Positions 59,296-64,000 of a stretch of 64,000 bases of DNA are shown here, one piece after another. The notes under the pieces are model-generated. The model saw nothing but the letters and a program-made list of their open reading frames with translations. It was not told the DNA's origin and ran no database searches. Source of the DNA: an uncultured Acidimicrobiales bacterium (GTDB taxonomy: Bacteria > Actinomycetota > Acidimicrobiia > Acidimicrobiales > VFJN01); assembly GCA_963759225.1 (NCBI GenBank), contig CAVWYL010000001.1, positions 2,996-66,995 of the forward strand. The letters are read 5' to 3'. Position 1 is the stretch's first letter; every line of letters begins with the position of its first letter. The translations under genes were made by a program, and so were the position numbers.

Positions 59296-60807
59296 TCAGG
59301 GACGCAGCCCGGTGATGGCGAACCGCTCGACGCCCTGGAGATGCCCGCCGGTCGACACGACCACGGTCAGGGCCGCGTCGGTGGCGCCGCTGTAGGACAC
59401 CGTCGCCGACCACGGTGACTGAACCCCGCCGGCCGGCAGACAGCAGGACTCGCCGATGGGCGTGCCCGACGACAGCTGCCGCACCTGGACCCGCAGGTTC
59501 TCGTCCACGCCCGTCACGAGCCCGCCGACGGTGAGGGGGGACGCGGCAGTCGAGCCGTAGCCGGGGGTCTCCAGCGTGAGGTCCGTGTCCCGCGTGCCGA
59601 CCACCTCCCACGGCGCGTCGGCCTCCGGCCCGAACCGCAGCAGGTGGATCACCGCGGCGGTGACCATGTCGCCGTTCGGCGTCTGGTAGCCGACGCCGAC
59701 CCAGGCCTCGGCGGCGCGGATGTCCCGCTCGGTGACCTGGTCGATCTCGTCGAAGCCGAGGTAGCCGGTGGTGAAGGCCAGTGCGGTGGCCTCGGCGTCG
59801 GCGTGCCAGGGCTGCCCGCCGTTGTCTCCCGTCCGCCATTCCTCGGCCCCGGCCGCGGTCGCGAACGGCCACAGCGGCTGGTGGTCGAACGAGTAGTCCG
59901 TGCCCGTGCCCCCGGTCGCGGCGCCGAAACGGACCGCCCGGGCCGAGAACTGCGCGATCGTCCCCTCGGCCGCCGCCTCGTTGCTGGCGAGCACGATGCC
60001 GGCGCCGGGGCCGGGCTCGTCGAAGCTGAGCTCCACCGTGTACGGCTCGGGCGCCGTCCCCGCCCCCGCGATGGTGGGGGCGACGGCCAGGCTGTCGGTG
60101 GGAGCCGAGCGGGCGACCAGCGAGGCGATGATCGTGCCCTCGTAACCGTGGCCCTGGCCGCTGACCGACAGCGGCGAGGACACGGCCTCCAGGCGTCGGG
60201 GCGTGTCGATAACGACGTCGGGCGACGCCGCCTCCGTGACGAACCAGTGCGTGCCGTCGAGCTGTTGCACGGTGATCGTGCTGGCCACGGCGTCGAGGGT
60301 GGCGCCGCTCTCGCTGCGGCGCAGCACGTCCACCTCGCCGCGGTCGGGCTTGTCGGGGCGGTAGTCGGACATGGGCGGGTCGTCCACCCCGACCACCTGC
60401 TCGACGAACGCCCGCGCGGCCGCCACGGGGTCGTCGTAGAGGGTGCCGGCCGGGTCCGGCCACAGGGCGTCGCCGGCCGTCGACTCGCCGGCGGGCGCCG
60501 GCGCCGTGTCCGGCGTCGTGGTGGGCGGGATCGTCGTCTGGGGTGTCGTGTCGGGGGTGCCGGCGGGTCCCACGTCGGTGGTGACCCGGCCGCTGCCGTC
60601 CCCGATGAGAAGGGGCGTCGCCACGGCCGCCGCCACCACGGCCAGCGTCGCCCCCACCGCCAGCGCCACCCGCCGCCGGCGGCGCACGCCGGCGACCCGG
60701 GTGCGGATCGGGCCCAGGGCGGCGTCACCGTCGGGGTGCACGTGTGCGGCCTCGGCGTCGAGAGCGGCGTGGAGGCGGTCCTCCAGGGTGGAGCGGGGAC
60801 CGGTCAT
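59296..60807 (-). CDS. Membrane-anchored protein with Gmad2/GerMN-like Ig-fold repeats, cotranscribed with the ECF sigma
   Basis: ORF 59296..60807 is intact and its ATG overlaps the sigma stop. The TM segment is VALAVGATLAVVAAAVATPLLI, followed by a Thr/Pro linker. The repeats contain SSPLSVSGQGHGYEGTI and ASPLTVGGLVTGVDENLRVQV. Confidence 0.6.
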   Translation of the reverse strand: MTGPRSTLEDRLHAALDAEAAHVHPDGDAALGPIRTRVAGVRRRRRVALAVGATLAVVAAAVATPLLIGDGSGRVTTDVGPAGTPDTTPQTTIPPTTTPDTAPAPAGESTAGDALWPDPAGTLYDDPVAAARAFVEQVVGVDDPPMSDYRPDKPDRGEVDVLRRSESGATLDAVASTITVQQLDGTHWFVTEAASPDVVIDTPRRLEAVSSPLSVSGQGHGYEGTIIASLVARSAPTDSLAVAPTIAGAGTAPEPYTVELSFDEPGPGAGIVLASNEAAAEGTIAQFSARAVRFGAATGGTGTDYSFDHQPLWPFATAAGAEEWRTGDNGGQPWHADAEATALAFTTGYLGFDEIDQVTERDIRAAEAWVGVGYQTPNGDMVTAAVIHLLRFGPEADAPWEVVGTRDTDLTLETPGYGSTAASPLTVGGLVTGVDENLRVQVRQLSSGTPIGESCCLPAGGVQSPWSATVSYSGATDAALTVVVSTGGHLQGVERFAITGLRP

Positions 60808-61322
60808 CGATCGTCCTCCTCGAGCAGTTGGGCGAGCGCGGCCAGGCCCCGGTGGAGGTGGGTCTTCACCGATCCGGCGGACACGCCCATGGTGGCGGCG
60901 ATCTCGGCTTCCGGCAGGTCGAGGTAGTAGCGGAGGACGAGCGCCTCACGCTGGCGGCCGGACAGCGAGCGCAGAGCGCCGACCATCCGGTCGTGCTCGG
61001 CGGAGGCGAGGGCCTCGGACTCGGGCGTGGCGGTGGGGGCGAGCACGGTCCGGCGGGCCTCGTGCCGGTCGCTGACCCGCCGGTGTCGCAGCTGGGAGCG
61101 GCAGCCGTTGAGCACCGCGGTGCGCAGGTAGGCCCCCGGGCGGTCGATCCGGCGCAGCCCACCCCAGCGCACGTACAGCCGGACGAACGCGTCCTGCACC
61201 ACCTGCTCCGCCATGTCCGCGTCGCCGAGCACCAGGGCGGCCATGCGCACGAGGGGCGCGTACTCCTCCCGGTGCACCGACTCCAGCCCTGTACCGCTCG
61301 GAGGGCGGTCCGTCTCCGTCAT
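60804..61322 (-). CDS. ECF RNA polymerase sigma factor
   Basis: ATG 61322 within ORF 60804..61364. Region 2 is AEQVVQDAFVRLYVRWGGLRRIDRPGAYLRTAVLNGCRS and region 4 is EAEIAATMGVSAGSVKTHLHRGLAAL. Confidence 0.88.
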   Translation of the reverse strand: MTETDRPPSGTGLESVHREEYAPLVRMAALVLGDADMAEQVVQDAFVRLYVRWGGLRRIDRPGAYLRTAVLNGCRSQLRHRRVSDRHEARRTVLAPTATPESEALASAEHDRMVGALRSLSGRQREALVLRYYLDLPEAEIAATMGVSAGSVKTHLHRGLAALAQLLEEDDR

Positions 61323-61434
61323 CACACCATCTCGACGCCTGACCCTGCCGTCAGGTTGACACATGGACCGACGGTTTGGCGCCCCGTCTGGGGCTCATCG
61401 ACCACCGGGGGCCCCACCGCCGGGATCGGCTGGT

Positions 61435-61926
61435 TCAGCTCGGGGCGTGGTCGAGTGTCGAGAGCAGCCGGCTGAGGTCGCCGGTGAGTCGGTCGGCGAC
61501 GGGGCGAGGCAGTTCGGCGAGCGCCTCGTTCTCGACGGCGAGGAGGCGCTCGACCAGGAGCGGGATCCGTCGCCGTCCGGTCGCGGTGAGCACCAGCACA
61601 CAACCGCGCCGGTCGTCGGGGTCGGGCTGGCGCCGCAGCCATCCGGCGGTCTCGAGTCGGTCGAGGCGGGGGGTGAGGGTGCCGGACCCGACCATCATCG
61701 TGCGCCGCAGGTCGCGTGGTCGCTGGCCGGCCGGGTGGTGCCACAGGCTGGCCAGCACGTCGATGTCCGCGGTGGTCAGCCCGTCCGGGCGGAGCGCCTC
61801 GAGCCGGCGGACCTCGAGGAGGCGCTCGATCCTGGCCACGCGCCCGAGCAGCGCCATGCCGGTGAGGTCCCAGTCCGGGTGGGCGTCCCTCCATGCGGTG
61901 ACGACGACGTCGACGCGATCCTCCAT
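61435..61926 (-). CDS. MarR family transcriptional regulator
   Basis: ORF 61435..61926 is intact. The winged-HTH is LTTADIDVLASLWHHPAGQRPRDLRRTMMVGSGTLTPRLDRLETAGWLRRQPDPDDRR. Confidence 0.82.
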   Translation of the reverse strand: MEDRVDVVVTAWRDAHPDWDLTGMALLGRVARIERLLEVRRLEALRPDGLTTADIDVLASLWHHPAGQRPRDLRRTMMVGSGTLTPRLDRLETAGWLRRQPDPDDRRGCVLVLTATGRRRIPLLVERLLAVENEALAELPRPVADRLTGDLSRLLSTLDHAPS

Positions 61927-61957
61927 CGGTGGCGACGCTATCGCACGCCGCGCTTGA

Positions 61958-61994
61958 CTGTCGATATCGACAGAGTTATTGTCGATATCGACAG
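61958..61994. promoter_or_regulatory. Two copies of the palindrome TGTCGATATCGACA in the marR/VOC divergent spacer (probable MarR operators)
   Basis: CTGTCGATATCGACAG lies at 61958-61973 and TTGTCGATATCGACAG at 61979-61994, with centres 21 bp apart. Confidence 0.6.
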
Positions 61995-62024
61995 ACTTGC
62001 TCGTTCCCCCCTCCGAGGTGTGCG

Positions 62025-62414
62025 ATGCCCGACGTCACCGTCCATGAGCTGCGACTGGTCCTCACCGTCGATGACTTCGACAGCGCTGCTCGCATCTATC
62101 GAGACGTGCTCGGCATGAGCGAGGTCCCGGCGGTGTCCTCGCCGGGTGGTCGCGTCGCCATCTTCGAGGCGGGCCGGGCGACCCTCGAGCTCGCCGACGC
62201 CGCGCACGCCGCGTACATCGACGAGGTCGAGGTCGGACACCGTTGCGCCGGCGACGTGAGGATCGCCCTCGGCGTCACGGCCGTGACCGAACAGTCGCGG
62301 CGGCTCGCAGACGCCGGCGTCGCCGTCGTGGCGCCACCGACGATGACCCCGTTCGGATCCACCAACGCTCGCTTCGACCTGTCGCACGGTCTCCAGCTCA
62401 CCCTCTTCGGATGA
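62025..62414 (+). CDS. VOC/glyoxalase-family protein
   Basis: ATG 62025 is preceded by GAGGTG (within ORF 61929..62414). The product is 129 aa: VHELRLVLTVDDFDSAARIYRDVLGM...ATLELAD...RIALGV. Confidence 0.6.
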   Translation: MPDVTVHELRLVLTVDDFDSAARIYRDVLGMSEVPAVSSPGGRVAIFEAGRATLELADAAHAAYIDEVEVGHRCAGDVRIALGVTAVTEQSRRLADAGVAVVAPPTMTPFGSTNARFDLSHGLQLTLFG

Positions 62415-62424
62415 GGTCGTACCG

Positions 62425-63027
62425 ATGAACCATCACAGCCCCCTGAGCTCCCGAGTCGGACAGCTCCTGCACGCCTACACGAGCCGGCGATCACCATGGG
62501 GACCCCCGTGGTGGATCTACGCCGTCGCGTTCGGCGCCGCCAACCTGGTCCGCCAGGTCGTCGTCGTCGTCACCCCATCCGACATCCCCCAGTCGATCCG
62601 CGTCGCCTCGTGGATCGCCACAGCGGTCGTGGTGGTCGCCGTCGTCAACGGCGTCGCCGTGGTCTGGCAACGACGGGGCCACGCCGCACCGGGGGGACAC
62701 GCACCCACGCTCGCTCCGATCTGGCCGCTGCGCCGCCCCGACCACCCGGGTCGGGGGCCGGACGCGACACCACCCCGCCCGGACCGGTCGGGCCACCGAT
62801 CCGAACGGACGGCCCACTCCACGTCGACCCCATGGGCTCCCTGGTGGGTCTACGTGGCGGCGGTCGTCGGCGCCAACTACCTACGACGAGCCCTCCTTCC
62901 GGACGGGAGCACCCCCGCTCTGCGGGTGGTCGTCGCCCTCGGTTTCTCCGCAGCGATCGTCGTCGCGGTCACCATCATCCACCGGACGACGAGCTCCGAC
63001 GGGTGTGCCCAGCCCGACGCTCGCTGA
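62425..63027 (+). CDS. Hypothetical membrane protein with an internal duplication
   Basis: ORF 62425..63027 contains PWGPPWWIYAVAFGAANLVRQ...AVVVVAVVNGVAVV and PWAPWWVYVAAVVGANYLRRA...AAIVVAVTIIH, separated by a Pro/Arg-rich linker. Confidence 0.45.
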   Translation: MNHHSPLSSRVGQLLHAYTSRRSPWGPPWWIYAVAFGAANLVRQVVVVVTPSDIPQSIRVASWIATAVVVVAVVNGVAVVWQRRGHAAPGGHAPTLAPIWPLRRPDHPGRGPDATPPRPDRSGHRSERTAHSTSTPWAPWWVYVAAVVGANYLRRALLPDGSTPALRVVVALGFSAAIVVAVTIIHRTTSSDGCAQPDAR

Positions 63028-63073
63028 GAACGTCGGCCGGCGCACGACGCAGCTGGAACGGGTTCGTGCTCGG

Positions 63074-64000
63074 TCAGCCCAGGCCGGGGAAGAACGTCAG
63101 GTCGTCGAGCCCGAAATAGTCCATGGTGGCGGGGTCGCCGTCGTTGGCGTTGATCTCGAGGCGGTCGATGCTCTCGAAGCGCTGCCCGTCGTTGGGGTCG
63201 TCGAAGCCGATCCAGGTGGGGCCGTTTCTGTCGACGAGGGTGGTCTGCTGGCCGACGAGCACCCCGTCGTCGTAGGCGCTGACCGTGATGGGCAGGTCGT
63301 CGCGCTGGGCGGCGGAGAACCAGGCGCCGACGAAGGCCATGTCACCCTGGATGAGTGCGGGCGAGCCGGCCGGCGACGGGTAGCCCGCCACCTCGAAGGT
63401 CGATGCCTCGGCGATGAAGGCGAGATTCGACTCGGACTTGACGGCATACCCGTACACGGCGTTGGGGTTGTAGATGCCGACCTGGTCCCACGCCAGTCCG
63501 CCGTAGCCGACGGGGATGGGCTGTTCTGCGCCCTCGGCCAGCGTGGTCTCGTCGAAGGTGAGCACGGTCGGGAGCAACGCGACGTCCTTGTAGCTCGACC
63601 AGTTCGCCCCGGGGAACCCGGTGCCCTCGGCCCACGCCGAGTCGATCTCGCCCGTGGGCATGACCACGTCGGCGTGGAGGGCGATGTAGATCGACTGTCC
63701 CGGGACGTAGCCGGGGATGCTCGACAGCGGCACGAAGACCTCGGCCTGGGTCGTGCAGGGGGTGTACTCCCTGGCGACGGGGAATCGGCCGGGGATGGCG
63801 TTGCCCTTCTTGGTCTGCGGGATCAGCTGCGGCGAACCGGCCGCGGCCGCGTGCAGCCCGGCGATGCAGGCGCCCCCGCTGGTGCTGGTCAGCAGCCGGA
63901 CCCGGGTGGCGTCGCCCTGGACCGTGACGTCGCCGACGTCGGTCGACTGCCCGGCCAGAAGGTTGATGGGGCCCGTCGACGCGGCGCTCGGCTCGGCGGT
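63074..64000 (-). CDS. Hypothetical secreted/surface protein, 5' end beyond the right window edge
   Basis: ORF 63074..63733. The same frame stays open to position 64000 (...GDVTVQGDATRVRLLTSTSGGACIAGLHAAAAGSPQLIPQTKKGNAIPGRFPVAREYTPCTTQAEVFVPLSS...). I recognise no family. Confidence 0.5.
   Translation of the reverse strand, partial: TAEPSAASTGPINLLAGQSTDVGDVTVQGDATRVRLLTSTSGGACIAGLHAAAAGSPQLIPQTKKGNAIPGRFPVAREYTPCTTQAEVFVPLSSIPGYVPGQSIYIALHADVVMPTGEIDSAWAEGTGFPGANWSSYKDVALLPTVLTFDETTLAEGAEQPIPVGYGGLAWDQVGIYNPNAVYGYAVKSESNLAFIAEASTFEVAGYPSPAGSPALIQGDMAFVGAWFSAAQRDDLPITVSAYDDGVLVGQQTTLVDRNGPTWIGFDDPNDGQRFESIDRLEINANDGDPATMDYFGLDDLTFFPGLG

Overview
This is a 64-kb window of a very high-G+C chromosome (roughly 70-75% by eye) of actinobacterial type, centred on the replication origin. 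On the minus strand it starts with gyrA (partial), gyrB, dciA (DUF721), recF, dnaN and dnaA. A DnaA-box-rich spacer follows. Then come rpmH, rnpA, yidD, yidC, jag and rsmG, a five-copy parS-like palindrome array, and parA-parB. Next are trxA-trxB, an ECF sigma/anti-sigma pair, a Ser/Thr kinase, DegV, a DUF6049-like exported protein, a GNAT, an HDAC-family deacetylase and the CCA-adding enzyme. These are followed by a methyltransferase, a PAS-GAF-PP2C phosphatase, a SigK/RskA-like pair, a ferritin-like protein, ino1-padR, DUF5318-ponA and panB. Then come rpsF-ssb-rpsR-rplI, dnaB carrying two inteins, a thioesterase, a PBP and an acyltransferase. The right end holds an AstE-like/RimK/retropepsin-like triad, murA, an LLM oxidoreductase, an ECF42-like sigma with YCII, an MFS pump, a HAD hydrolase, another ECF sigma with a Gmad2-like partner, and MarR with a VOC protein. 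I recognised no rRNA, tRNA, CRISPR, transposase or phage genes; the only mobile elements are the two inteins. The most striking feature is that at least 16 single-base indels break otherwise well-conserved, mostly essential genes between 1.5 and 46.4 kb. I saw none in the last 17 kb. I read these as sequence or assembly errors, not pseudogenisation, and annotated whole genes across them. Many long ORFs in the track lie antisense to recognisable genes; these are high-GC shadow ORFs and were ignored. I found no convincing new multi-gene system. The best follow-up targets are the variant parS array, the doubly intein-interrupted dnaB (the second intein has a non-canonical C-terminal VEN), and the RimK triad in a genome whose S6 lacks an acidic tail. 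Also worth a look are the stand-alone active kinase at the position of the mycobacterial MviN pseudokinase and two small ORFs with strong ribosome-binding sites upstream of murA.
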